Shown here piece after piece: positions 12,804 to 24,612 of a DNA stretch of 64,000 nt (position 1 is its first letter; each line of letters opens with the position of its first letter). Both the position numbers and the translations under genes were made by a program. Below the pieces are notes generated by a model. It saw nothing but the letters and a program-made list of their open reading frames with translations, was not told the DNA's origin and ran no database searches. The DNA is from Torpedo marmorata. Lineage: Eukaryota. The stretch spans positions 207,700,001-207,764,000 of the forward strand of contig OZ360220.1 of the NCBI GenBank assembly GCA_977017645.1, in the 5' to 3' direction.

Positions 12804-13600
12804 GTGGATCCCTGATGATTGCCGCTGCTCTCCGACAGCAGTGTTCCCTGTAGATATTCTCGATAGTGGGGAGGGTTTTGTCTGTGATGTCCTGGGCTGG
12901 TCCACTACCTTTTGGAGGGCTGTACATTCATGGGTATTGGTGTCCCCATACCAGACCGTGATGCAGTCAGACAGCACACTTTCCACCCCACATCAGTAGA
13001 AATTTGCCAGGGTTTCTGGTGTCATACCAAACCTCTGAAATCTCCTGAGGAAGTAGAGGCTCTGATGTGCTTTCTTCATGATGCCATTAGTGTGTTGGGC
13101 CCAGGAAAGATTCCCCGAGATAGTGACTCCCAAGAACCTCAATGATCACTGGATTTTATACCTCTGGTTTTCCCTTCCTGAAGTCAACAATCAGCTCCTT
13201 AGTTTTGGTGACATTGAGTGCAAGGATGTTGTTAGTGCACCATTCAGCCAAGTTTTCAATCTCCCTCCTGTATTCTGACTCATCACCTTTCTTTATACAA
13301 CCCACTACCGTGGTAGCATCGGCAAATTTGTAGATGGTGTTATTGTCGTACCTAGCCACACAGTTGTAGGTGTAAAGCGAGTAGAGCAGGGGGCTAAGAA
13401 CGCAGGCCTGTGGTGCTCCAGTACTGATGGAGATTGTGGAGGAGATATTCTTACCAATCCTCACTGATTGTGGCCTGTTGGTGAGGAAATCAAGGATCCA
13501 ATTACACAGTGGGGTGTTGAGTCCCAGGTCTTGGAGTTTGCTAATCAGTTTTGAGAGTATTATGGTGTTAAATGCCAAACTGTAGTCGATAAAAAGCACC
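12804..13600 (-). mobile_element. Rex1/Babar LINE, RT part (continuation of 5101-5486)
   Basis: ORF 13156-13599 contains [17 protein letters not shown] and KFAD, collinear with the copy at 9070-9910. Confidence 0.88.
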
Positions 13601-15366
13601 TTGCCATTTTTACATGCACTTCATTCATTGAGAGCATTTAAACCAGGTGACCTTCCCATGCACTTCTGATTGTAAGGGAAGGCAAGTTCAGATAGAAGGC
13701 AGGTGCAGATCATTAACTGTCAGTCGTCCACAGTTAGTCCAACACACATCAGAACATATCTGGGATGTGAACGAATTAGTATAAGCTTATAAAATAACGT
13801 CCACCCAAAGAATCTGGTCAGGATGCGGAAACAGGCATATATTTACCCACCGGAGAAACTAAAAAAAAATTACATGAATGATTGTGAAAATAGTAAAGAT
13901 AAAGAGTGCTGAAGTCAAGAAGATGTCATTTGTGTGATCTTTAGAGGAGAGGCAGTCATTTCAGCTGCTCTATCGAGGCACCCCCAGAACACCTCCTGAA
14001 TCCTATACTCAGGATGCTATTTGCTAAGAAATGGCAGGTAGTGTTTTTTTTCAAGCTGATAGGATAACTGTCTCAGATTTGGGAGGGAGAGATTTGCAGA
14101 GCTGTTGGATGGAGGATGCAGAAGGACATAACTGGCCAAGATACGAAAAAAGTCTACACTGCAGGTCAGTTTCTCAATTCCATGCATGAATTCTGCCATC
14201 AAATTGCCTTCAGCTGAAGGCATTTTAAATCTGTCATAGTTCAAGCCTCAGGACATTTCATGCATTGTCTCTGCAGTCAAGAGAAAACAATATGAAGTGG
14301 TGTGAGTATCCTCTCTTAGATATTATTGGGTAAATGCCTTGTTCTAAAGAGATAATTAGTAAGATTCAGAATTTTTCCCCATTTCAATCTATACATCATG
14401 AAGTTAAATACTTCTGACAAGGTTTATTGCAAAACAGAAAATTAAAGTACAAGGTGAGTAAAACAGAATGATGGAAGTGATAAAAAGGACCAAATATTGT
14501 TTTTTAAGACTATGAAAGCAACCACAGCAAAATGATAATGATTCTGATGGATTTGAGTTTTCATTTGGGTGATTTGTGATTCCAGTGAAAATTGCACCTA
14601 AAATTATGGCTGTTTTCCTGCTCAAACTCATTTGACTATTACCAAACAACATGGACCAGCACAACCAACCAATATTTCAAGATGTTCAATTGTTATTAAA
14701 TAAAAACCCATGAACATATTGTTTGATGTATTTGATAACAGTAACCAACTGTAGTTTGAATGCAGCTGAAACTGGGTTTATCACAAATAATAAGCATTTT
14801 TAATCAGAGTCAAAATATTAACTGTGATTAAATTAATGACAATAACCCAAAACTAGCAATTGTTGCTATGAATAAGCGAATTAATACATTCTCAAAAGTG
14901 CTCCAGTGCTTTCAGTATCCCTGTGTACTAAAATGAATGATTAAATAATTTTAACAAAGACTTCACCTCAAATTAAATGCAAATATGAACTGAATTGAAT
15001 TTACTACTCCATTGCCAACATAAAGTGAAAAAAAATTGTTTTGTATGTTTTCCATGTTAGTCAACCTATCCTTAAGTACCACAGGTCATGCAAAACAAAA
15101 GTGAAAAAATAGAAATGAATCGTAATAAAATATAGGAAAATGAAAACTATAATCCGTGGGAAAGATTGATGCAGCATCTCTCATTAACTCAGGACATTTA
15201 TAGTGATGATCAGACGTAATTTCATAATGGAGGATGCATAACCATTTGCACCCAGCAAGATCCCGTGAGTAGCTTCCTGGCGCTTTACAATGGACTTTGA
15301 TGGAGGTCGAGAAGCCACTGAGCACACTTAATTGAGCACAAAACTACTCACTCTTTTCTTTCCTAC

Positions 15367-18300
15367 TGATAGGCCTATCAATAATCACTCAAGAGACTAT
15401 GAGTGGAAACGAACCATAGGCTTTTATTAACTATAAACACAGCTACAGTTGACCTTCAGATCTGATCCCGGACTGGGGGCGGAGCGGTGGCACAAGGGCC
15501 TTTATTCAGGTGAGGAAAGGGGAGGGATTACCGGGACAACCAGGGGAGGGGGAGGAGACACCGGGACAGACAGCAGGACATGCCCATACTACACCCTAGC
15601 ACAAAATACACCTAAACAGTGGTTTACCACATTCATCCCTCCTTTTAAAAGAGTCCAGCGAGGTGACGTGACCACAGTGACTATTTTACAGACACAAAAC
15701 AGATATATTTACATTCAATTTTACAGGTCAAGGTGATCCGGTGGTCTGATTCGCCGCTGCGACCCGCGCAGTACCCGTGGTGACGGGGCGGGTTGTGGTG
15801 ATGGGGGAGATGGCAGGATTGTCTGCAAGGTCGCCTCCTGCCTGGCTTCTTGTGGCGTATCCGGTCCCGGCGAGGGTGCTGGGGCTGACGTGCTGGGAGG
15901 GGGAATGGGGAGGGGCTGCAGCAAGTGGTCTTGCCCGTCGAGGGTTTCTCCCGGCGCTCCAGCGGGCGCTAGGTCACAAATTGACACCGTGTCCTCTCGC
16001 CCATCAGGGAAGACCACGTAGGCATACTGTGGGTTAGCGTGCGCTAACTGCACCCTCTGGACCATCGGCTCATATTTGCTGCTCCGAAGGTGGTTGCGGA
16101 GCAGCACAGGTCCCGGGGACGTCAGCCAGGCAGGTAGGGTGGTTCCGGTGTTCGACTTCCTGGGGAAGGAGAAGAGTCGTTCGTGAGGGGTTGCATTCGT
16201 GGACGTGCACAGCAGGGACCGGATAGAGTGGAGGGCTTCGGGGAGGACCTCTTGCCAGCGGGAGACCGGCAGTCCCCTGGACTTGAGAGCCAGGAGCGCG
16301 GCCTTCCAGACAGTAGCATTCTCCCTTTCCACCTGTCCATTTCCCCGGGGGCTGTACCCTGTGGTCCTACTAGTGGCGATGCCTCGGGTCAGCAGATACT
16401 GTCGAAGCTCCTCACTCATAAAAGCTGATCCCCGGTCGCTATGTATATAGTTCGGGAAACCAAATAGCGTAAATACCTGGCGAAGAGCTTTAATGGTTGA
16501 GGTAGCCGAAGTGTCGGGGCAGGGGATGGCGAAGGAGAAGCACGAGTACTCATCAATAATATTCAGAAAATACACATTGCGGTTTGTGGAGGGAAGGGGG
16601 CCCTTGAAGTCAATGCTGAGACGTTCAAAAGGGCGGGTGGCTTTGACCAGCTGTGCCTTGTCGGGGCGATAGAACTGAGGTTTGCACTCCGCGCAAACCC
16701 GACAACTGCTGATCATTGTCCTGACCTCTTCCAGGGAGTATGGCAGGTTCCGTGACTTCACGAAGTGAAAGAGCCTGGTAACTCCTGGGTGGCAGAGGTC
16801 GTCATGTAGGGCGTGTAACCGGTCGATCTGCGCGCTGGCGCATGATCCCCGGGATAGAGCATCGGAGGGCTCATTGAGCTTCCCGGGCCGGTAAAGGATG
16901 TCGTAATTGTAGATGGAGAGTTCTATTCTCCACCTCATGATCTTGTCATTTTTGATCTTACCCCGCTGCTGATTGTTGAACATAAAAGCCACAGAGTGTT
17001 GATCTGTCAGCAGGGTAAAATGCTTACCGGCGAGATAGTGCCTCCAGTGCCTGATGGCTTCCACTATGGCCTGGGCTTCCTTCTCCACCGCGGAGTGCCG
17101 AATTTCGGGGCCTTGGAGGGTCCGTGAGAAAAACGCCACCGGCCTTCCCGCCTGGTTGAGGGTAGCAGCCAGCACGAAGTCCGATGCGTCGCTCTCTACC
17201 TGAAAAGGTGTCTCTTCATCCACCGCGTGCATTGTTGCTCGTGCAATGTCCCCTTTTATAAGGTCAAACGCCTTACGTGCCTCCGAAGCAAGGGGAAATG
17301 CGGTGGATTTTACAAGGGGTCGGGCCTTATCAGCATAATTGGGAACCCACTGCGCATAGTATGAGAAGAACCCGAGACATCGTTTAAGGGCTTTGGGGGT
17401 GTGGGCAAGTGGGAGTTCCAGCAGGGGCCGCATGCGGTCGGGGTCGGGTCCAATAACCCCGTTCTCGACCACACACCCCAAAATGGCGAGGCGGGTGGTA
17501 CCAAACACGCATTTGTCTTTATTATACGTAAGGTTTAATGCTTTGGCCGCCTGCAGGAACCTCCGAAGGTTGTTGTCATGGTCCTGACGATCATGACCAC
17601 AGATGGTAATGTCGTCCAGGTATGGAAAAGTGGCTTTAAGTTTATAGTGATCAACAATCCTGTCCATCTCCCACTGGAATACTGACACACCTTTTGTGAC
17701 CCCGAAAGGGACGCGCAGGAAATGGAACAGCCTGCCATCCGCCTCGAACGCGGTGTACGAACGGTCCTCCCGACAGATAGGGAGCTGATGGTATGCAAAT
17801 TTTAGGTCTATCGTTGAAAATAGCCTATACTGGGCTATTTGATTCACTATATCCGCTATTCGTGGTAGCGGACATGCATCCAGCTGCGTGAATCGGTTAA
17901 TGGTTTGGCTGTAGTCCACCACCATTCTACTCTTGGCCCCTTTTACTACGACTACCTGGGCTCTCCAGGGGCTATTACTTTTCTCAATAATCCCCTCCTG
18001 TAATAATCGCTGCACCTCCGCCTTGATTAACGCTCTGTCCCCCGCACTGTATCGCCTGCTCTTGGCTGCCACCGGCTTACAATCAGGGGTCAGGTTGGCG
18101 AATAACGACGGGGGCGAGATCTTAAGGGTGGAGAGACCACAGGTAGTCTGAGGCGTGTTGTCCAGGAACTGGTGGTTCGCTACAGTGATCGCAGGGTGGG
18201 GACCGTCATATCGCATCGTGACACTCCATAAGTGGCTCTGAAAGTCAAGACCCAGTAATACCGGCGCACACAAACGATTCATAATAAATAACGAGAATTG

Positions 18301-19902
18301 CCGATACTCTGTTCCCTGTACTACAATGTTCGCCACACAAGCCCCCCGGATGTCTGTTGTGTGTGACCCGGACGCCATGGCCACCCTCTGGCTTACCGGT
18401 ATGGTAGTCAGGCCACAGCGCTGAACAGTGTCCGGGTGAATGAAACTCTCCGTGCTGCCAGTGTCAAATTGGCAAGTGGTCTTGTGCCCCTCCACCAGGA
18501 TGTCCATCATGGATCGCGACAGCTGGTGGGGAACACTCTGGTCGAGAGTGACGGATGCTAGGGTCGGGATGTAGTCGTCTTGATCCGAAGCTGACAAAGA
18601 TGGCCGCTCCCGTGGGTTGCACGTGTCGCTGCTGCTCGCGCTGCAAGATGGCGGCGCCGGAAGTGCCGGAAGTACAGATGTCGTGCTATTAGATGGCGGC
18701 GCCGGAAGTGCCAGCATCAAAGATGGCCGCCTCCACTCCTCACACGAGGTCAACGCCGGAAGCGACAGCACGTTAGATAGCCGCTCCCGTATCTCGCACG
18801 CGGCGCTGCTCGGACCCGCGCGTGGCTTAGAGCGGCAGGCCTTTGCATAATGGTCTTTCTTGCCGCAGCTAGAGCAAGTCGCGTCGCGGGCCGGGCAGCG
18901 TTTTCTTTGGTGCTTATCGAGCCCGCAGAAGTAGCACTTCTCGGGCTCGCAGTTAACGGCTGCGGCAGTGAGTTCGAGGATAGCGGCGGCTGCGATTGGG
19001 TCGTGGCAAACGGCGGCGGCGGTCAGATGGCTGGCAGGGTTGGGGGATGGGGCTGACCACGCGGCAGGCTTGAGGTCGCGTGCCTGTATAGCGTCCGAGT
19101 TCCGCAGCGCGGCCTCCAGGGTGTGGGCCATTGCAACCGCGGTACGGAGGTCCAGGTCGGCGTGCTCCAGCAGCCGCTGGCGCACGTATACCGACCTGAT
19201 CCCCATGATGAACGTGTCCCTCTCCAGCAATTCGGCGTGTTCCTCTGCAGTCAGCGCCTTACAGTCGCACGCTCGCACCAGCGACTGTATGTCCCTGACA
19301 AACTCAACGATCGACTCCCCGGCCCGCTGTTTTTGCGTTAATATTCGGTACCTTGCGTAGACCGAGTTAACAGGTGTAACATAGATTCTCTTCAGCGCGT
19401 CCATCGCCTCCGTGTAGGTTTTACAGTCCCGAATCGTCGAGAATACCCGAGGGCTTACCCTGGACACGAGGAACTCCAATTTCTGGTCCTCGCTTTCTGC
19501 TTTGATCGTCGTCAGAAAGGACACGAAACTGCGTAGCCAGTGTTCAAAAGAATTACCGGCATCAGGAGCTAGAGGGTCGATGTCCAATCGGTCCGGTCTT
19601 AGAGCGCTCTCCATTGGATTTTAATAGTTAATAAAATTGATAGGCCTATCAATAATCACTCAAGAGACTATGAGTGGAAACGAACCATAGGCTTTTATTA
19701 ACTATAAACACAGCTACAGTTGACCTGCAGATCTGATCCCGGACTGGGGGCGGAGCGGTGGCACAAGGGCCTTTATTCAGGTGAGGAAAGGGGAGGGATT
19801 ACCGGGACAACCAGGGAAGGGGGAGGAGACACCGGGACAGACAGCAGGACATGCCCATACTACACCCTAGCACACAATACACCTAAACAGTGGTTTACCA
19901 CA
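15367..19902 (-). mobile_element. Young full-length Gypsy (Mag-like) LTR retrotransposon
   Basis: 265-bp LTRs at 15367-15631 and 19638-19902 with 3 mismatches by eye, 5-bp TSD CCTAC, PPT AAAAGGAGGGATGAA, and a single gag-pol ORF. Confidence 0.96.
15721..19614 (-). CDS. Gag-Pol polyprotein (2 CCHC knuckles, protease, RT, RNase H, integrase), 1297 aa
   Basis: CYFCGLDKHQRKRC and CSSCGKKDHYAKAC; FDTGS; YLDD; ESDAS...EKEA...TDQ; HHCC, IDFKG, HSDRG, GNGQVER. Confidence 0.95.
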   Translation of the reverse strand: MESALRPDRLDIDPLAPDAGNSFEHWLRSFVSFLTTIKAESEDQKLEFLVSRVSPRVFSTIRDCKTYTEAMDALKRIYVTPVNSVYARYRILTQKQRAGESIVEFVRDIQSLVRACDCKALTAEEHAELLERDTFIMGIRSVYVRQRLLEHADLDLRTAVAMAHTLEAALRNSDAIQARDLKPAAWSAPSPNPASHLTAAAVCHDPIAAAAILELTAAAVNCEPEKCYFCGLDKHQRKRCPARDATCSSCGKKDHYAKACRSKPRAGPSSAACEIRERLSNVLSLPALTSCEEWRRPSLMLALPAPPSNSTTSVLPALPAPPSCSASSSDTCNPRERPSLSASDQDDYIPTLASVTLDQSVPHQLSRSMMDILVEGHKTTCQFDTGSTESFIHPDTVQRCGLTTIPVSQRVAMASGSHTTDIRGACVANIVVQGTEYRQFSLFIMNRLCAPVLLGLDFQSHLWSVTMRYDGPHPAITVANHQFLDNTPQTTCGLSTLKISPPSLFANLTPDCKPVAAKSRRYSAGDRALIKAEVQRLLQEGIIEKSNSPWRAQVVVVKGAKSRMVVDYSQTINRFTQLDACPLPRIADIVNQIAQYRLFSTIDLKFAYHQLPICREDRSYTAFEADGRLFHFLRVPFGVTKGVSVFQWEMDRIVDHYKLKATFPYLDDITICGHDRQDHDNNLRRFLQAAKALNLTYNKDKCVFGTTRLAILGCVVENGVIGPDPDRMRPLLELPLAHTPKALKRCLGFFSYYAQWVPNYADKARPLVKSTAFPLASEARKAFDLIKGDIARATMHAVDEETPFQVESDASDFVLAATLNQAGRPVAFFSRTLQGPEIRHSAVEKEAQAIVEAIRHWRHYLAGKHFTLLTDQHSVAFMFNNQQRGKIKNDKIMRWRIELSIYNYDILYRPGKLNEPSDALSRGSCASAQIDRLHALHDDLCHPGVTRLFHFVKSRNLPYSLEEVRTMISSCRVCAECKPQFYRPDKAQLVKATRPFERLSIDFKGPLPSTNRNVYFLNIIDEYSCFSFAIPCPDTSATSTIKALRQVFTLFGFPNYIHSDRGSAFMSEELRQYLLTRGIATSRTTGYSPRGNGQVERENATVWKAALLALKSRGLPVSRWQEVLPEALHSIRSLLCTSTNATPHERLFSFPRKSNTGTTLPAWLTSPGPVLLRNHLRSSKYEPMVQRVQLAHANPQYAYVVFPDGREDTVSICDLAPAGAPGETLDGQDHLLQPLPIPPPSTSAPAPSPGPDTPQEARQEATLQTILPSPPSPQPAPSPRVLRGSQRRIRPPDHLDL

Positions 19903-20740
19903 CCTACCTTTGCTAAATTAGGGTGGACTGAATTACAAAAAATAAAGCAACTGAATGAAAACTACAGGCCGATGGATGCATATCCAAAAATAGTCTTCAT
20001 CGCTATCCATCACATCCTTGATATTAGTGATAAATAGTCTGATCCAAAGTATAAATATGTAACCAAGGAAAAAAACGCTGTCTGGTTATAGCAACAGGCT
20101 CAATAAAATGCATGTGCTTTTGTTTCTTCTTGTTACTTTTATATTCTGTCGAGGGGCTGTAATTTTCCGGAACATTGAATTGTGCCCTGCATTCTGTTGA
20201 TATTGGGATAGGGTTAAGTGTCTATTTATCTTGGGACGTTAGGGTCAGAAGGTAGTGTTTGCATTGCTGATGGTTTTTATTCAAATCATTTCAGTTGGAT
20301 TGCTGTCATGCAGCTCTTTCCAACAGTGGCAGCATAACTCAAATGAATGTATGATTAGCACCTGGGCCATGTTACCAGCAGCATTACAAACTGGTATTGG
20401 CAGCTCCTCCAGCTTTTATATTGGATTACCTCAAAGGAGCAAGTAACAGCAGAGCCAAATGTAAATTTTAAAATGTTCCCCTTCTGGGTTTGGCAGAAAC
20501 CAGTTCCGTTGTCTTCAATGAAAATAGCCGAGAATTTCATTTGTGTAATTCAAGTCTTTTGTGCTCCACTGGATTCAACTGTGGAGTAAAAATGGTTGTT
20601 AAACCCGATGTGGCTGGAACCTCCCAGCATATGCTTTTGATCACTTCTAAGTGTGAAACATTCCCAGATGAAAATGTTGCTGGCATTGCAGCCTTGGTTT
20701 ATGAACTGATTATAAACTACCAGTTAACAAATTACAAACC

Positions 20741-20995
20741 GGGGCGGCACGGTTGGCGCAACGCCTTTACAGCGCCAGCGATCGGGACTGGGGTTCGAAT
20801 CCCACGCTGTCTATAAGGAGTTTGTATGTTCTCCCCCTGTCTGCGTGGATTTTCCCTGGGGGCCCGGTTTCCTCCCACCATTCAAAATGTACCGGGGGTG
20901 TAGGTTAATTGGGTGTAAATTGGGCGGCACGGACTTGTGGGCCGAAATGGCCTGTTACCGTGCTGTATGTTTAAATTTAATTTAAAATTTAAATT
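20741..20995 (+). mobile_element. tRNA-derived V-SINE (HE1-like)
   Basis: B box GGTTCGAATCCC and V-core GGAGTTTGTATGTTCTCCCC...GGTTTCCTCCCAC. Similar copies at 48755 and 55994. Confidence 0.85.
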
Positions 20996-21074
20996 TAATC
21001 AGTTTATTAAAAATTAAAGAAATAACTTACAATAATGCTTGGCACTGCTTCCCCTTCTTTGGAATACAAATATT

Positions 21075-22068
21075 ATACAATCAGGCAGAAAAGTTGGTCC
21101 ACAGATCGGAAACAACGTCTCCTCCTCACTGACAATCAACACAGGCACACCTCAAGGATGCATGCTTAGCTCACTGCTCTACTTGCTCTACACCCAAGAC
21201 TGTGGCTAGGCACAATTCAAATGCCATCTACAAATTTGGCGATGACACCACAGCTGTCAGCAGAATCACAGACGGCAATAAGAAAACGTACAGGAGGGAG
21301 GTAGATCAGCTCGTTGAGTGGTGCCACAGCAACAACCTTCCACTTAACATTTAGCAAAACTAAGGAGTTGATTGTGGACTTCAGGAGGACAAAACCAGGA
21401 GAACACAAACCAGTCCTCATCAAGGGGTCAGCAGTGGAAAGGGTTAAGAACTTCAAATTCCAGGGTATCAAAATCTCTGAAGACCTATCCCGGGACCATT
21501 ATGTCGATGCAATTATCAAGAAGACACGTCAGCGGTTATATTTCAGTATGAGTTTGAAGATATTTAATATGTCAGCAAAGACTTGCAAATTTCTACAGGT
21601 GTACCGTGGAGAACATTCTGACTGGTTGCAAATCTGTCTGGTATGGAGGTGCCAATGCACGGGACAGGAAAAGACTACAGAGAGTTGTGAACTCAGCCTG
21701 CACCATTATGTGCATCAATCTTCACTCCAATGAGGACATCTACAAGAGGCAGTGTCTCACGAAAGCAGCCTCTATCCTCAAGGACCCCCATCACCCAGGC
21801 CATGCCCTCTTCTCACTGCTACCATCAGGAAGGAGGTACAGGAACCTGAAGATGAACACCCAGCAGCACAAAAACAGCTTCTTCCCCTCTGCCATCAAAT
21901 TTCTGAATGGACAATGAACCACAGACACTACCTCACTTCCTTTTCTTTTTGCACTGATTTTTTTATTTTTTATATGTAATTTATAGCAATATTTGCACCT
22001 GTTATGTTGCTGCAAAACAACTAATTTCATGACATGTTCATGACAATAAATTCTAATTCTGATTCTGA
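21075..22068 (+). mobile_element. Rex1/Babar LINE 3' fragment (second subfamily)
   Basis: [35 protein letters not shown], and an ATTCTG tail. Confidence 0.85.
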
Positions 22069-22914
22069 CCTGCAGAAAGCAGTTTTTCTTCCATAGATGC
22101 TGCCTCACCTTCTAAGAATTTCCAATATTTACTGCTTGTTTTAGATTCCAGCAACTTCCTTTTTCAGCTACTTATAGTATATTGAGTTCTTCATTGTATA
22201 TGTCTGCCTTGATTTGCCAGGATGCTAGCTTATTAGCAGTTAACCAGAAGTCCATAAGACTATATAACCTAGGAGCAGAATTACGCCATTCAACCCATAT
22301 GTCTGCTCCACCATTCAAATCATAGCTGACGTATTTTTTTCTCCCCATAACATTTGACATCCTTACTAAACAAAAACCTATCAACCTCCGCTTTAAATAT
22401 ACCCAATCATTTCCTCCTCAGGTTTCAATGGCAATGAATTCCATAGATTCACCACCATGGAAGAAATTTCATTCACCATGGAACAAATTTCTCCTCATCT
22501 CTATTCTGTAGGGACATTATTTTATTCTGAGGCTATGCCCTCTGGTCCGAGATGCCCCCACAACTGGGAACATCAGTATCAGAGAATAATAATAAAGATG
22601 ACTAAATAGAGTTGAGCAGCATATGTCCCCCTCTCCGTATGATTATAACCGAGATACTCGTGTGTGCCACTTAGTCACATTATTTTTACTTTTTTCATTC
22701 CCATCATTCCAACCCAACAATTGCTTTGCTTTTTCTTGCAAATTTTCAATATCTGGAAACATCTCAGCCAGAGGAGAAATGGAAGGAGATTGGCAGATGA
22801 AGAGTCAGCATTAATTTACTCTTACAACAGCCTGCTGCACGGTGCACGGATATGAAAGAAGAGTGAGCTTGACATGGTGAAATACCAATCCCATCCTCTC
22901 TCTCTGTTTCACAT

Positions 22915-23008
22915 GCACATGCTCACGCTCATGCTCACACTCACATTCACACACACACATATACACACACAGACACGCAGACACACACACACAGATGCAC
23001 ACACATAC
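22915..23008. repeat. Imperfect (CA)n microsatellite
   Basis: CACACA tract. Confidence 0.85.
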
Positions 23009-24491
23009 AGGAAGGGAAAAAGATGTTACAGCAGTCAATTTATAGGAGGAAGAGTTTGCAGTGGAGTCAGATGAGGATTTTGCAATGGCAACTGCAGGCA
23101 AATGCTAATTTATTTAGGTCTCCCAAAATAAATGGTGACCACATGGAAAGCATTCTATGAAGCCTGTGCCTGATGACATGAAATGTACCCATGTCCAGCT
23201 TCAACTTGACACAGGATTACCTGCAGAACCAGGAAGCTGTTCTTAACTGCAAGAAATAAATTGTTGTCTTTGTCAACATAACTCAGGAGCCCATCATGAT
23301 GAAATCCGTGCTAAATAATGAGAAAGGTCCCAGCTTCCACTGTTGTGTTTGGTATTTATTTCATATATCTGACTACTGCACTGGGGAATCAGTGATAAAG
23401 AGATAAAGAATAAAGGGTCCAGACCCGAAATGGTGACTGACCATTTCTACCCACGTACTGTATGCTGTCTGATCTGCTGAGTTCCTCCAGCAATTCTCTG
23501 ACTCTCGATCGTCTGTCCTATCCATTGCCTCCTGCCCCACTTGTGGCAGAGTCTGTGGATGCCACATTGGTCCCATTGTCACACCAGAACATTCAGATTT
23601 GGAACAGCATCAGGTCATCTTTGAATTCAAGGGTCTGTCTGGGAAGAAGAGGATAGCAAGTCGGAAGCCAGGTTTTATCCTTGCACAGAAACGCTTCGGT
23701 TCATCCAGGTCAGCCATCATCTCCAGTATCATAGCTGAAAAAACTTCCATTTTGGATTTGAATTTGCATTTGTTTTTGTGTTTCATTTATATGTTGAATG
23801 GAAGGTGGAAACTGAGATGTTTCTTTTATTGTAATAAAGAAACCTGGGTTCTTTTAAAACAACTATATTTATTAGCTAAACCACACACAGAAAGAGGTGG
23901 GTACCACGCCCTGCTGGAGAGAAATATTGAAGATATCCGTCAATACCTTGGTAAGTTTATCAGCACAAATCTTTAATACTCGGATGTGGATGCAGAGGAC
24001 TTGAAGTCGCATGTCAAAAATCATACTCTTCTGCAAAGTTCTGGAATTCTCTACAGCTGAAGCATGGTCCATTGTCACTGTAGACAATTTGAGGAATTCC
24101 ATGTCTTGCAAAGATCGATTTCATATATTTGATCACACAAGCAGCAGACATATTAGGAAGCAGCACAATCTCCGGATAGTTCGATAGATAGTCAATAACC
24201 AGCAAGTAATTATTTCCATCCATGTGGAACAGATCAGTCCCAACTTTCTGCCATGGTTCTACTGGTACGTCAGTTATTATCATGAGTTCCTTTGCCTGCT
24301 TTGTGTGATGCTTCAAACAGGTCTCACAGCTGGAAACCATCCTGACAATGTCAGCATTTATCCCTGGCCAATAAACACCAGTTCTGGCCCTCCTCTTGCA
24401 TTTTTCCATTCCAAGGAGCCCCTCATGCACCCTTTTCAGCATCTTTTTTTCGCAGTGATTGAGGAATGATAATTCTGCTCTGTCTGAGTAG

Positions 24492-24612
24492 AAGCCTTGG
24501 TTATGTATTTCTACCTTTGCTACATAAAAGACACAGTTTGACCTGCTGAGTTTCTCCAGCATTTGTGTTTTTTACTTCAACCACAGTGTCTACAGATTTT
24601 TGTGTTTTACTT
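24492..24612 (+). mobile_element. Short Penelope 3' fragment inserted in the Gypsy integrase region
   Basis: Matches 52724-52837. Confidence 0.8.

Noticed and set aside
14017-14244. Possible host exon in unique sequence
   Set aside because: No recognisable protein in the frames examined and no convincing splice sites.
18617-19360. Several plus-strand ORFs in the Gypsy
   Set aside because: Antisense frames in GC-rich gag, with no motifs.
20741-20810. tRNA gene
   Set aside because: tRNA-derived SINE head followed by a V-SINE core; no full cloverleaf.
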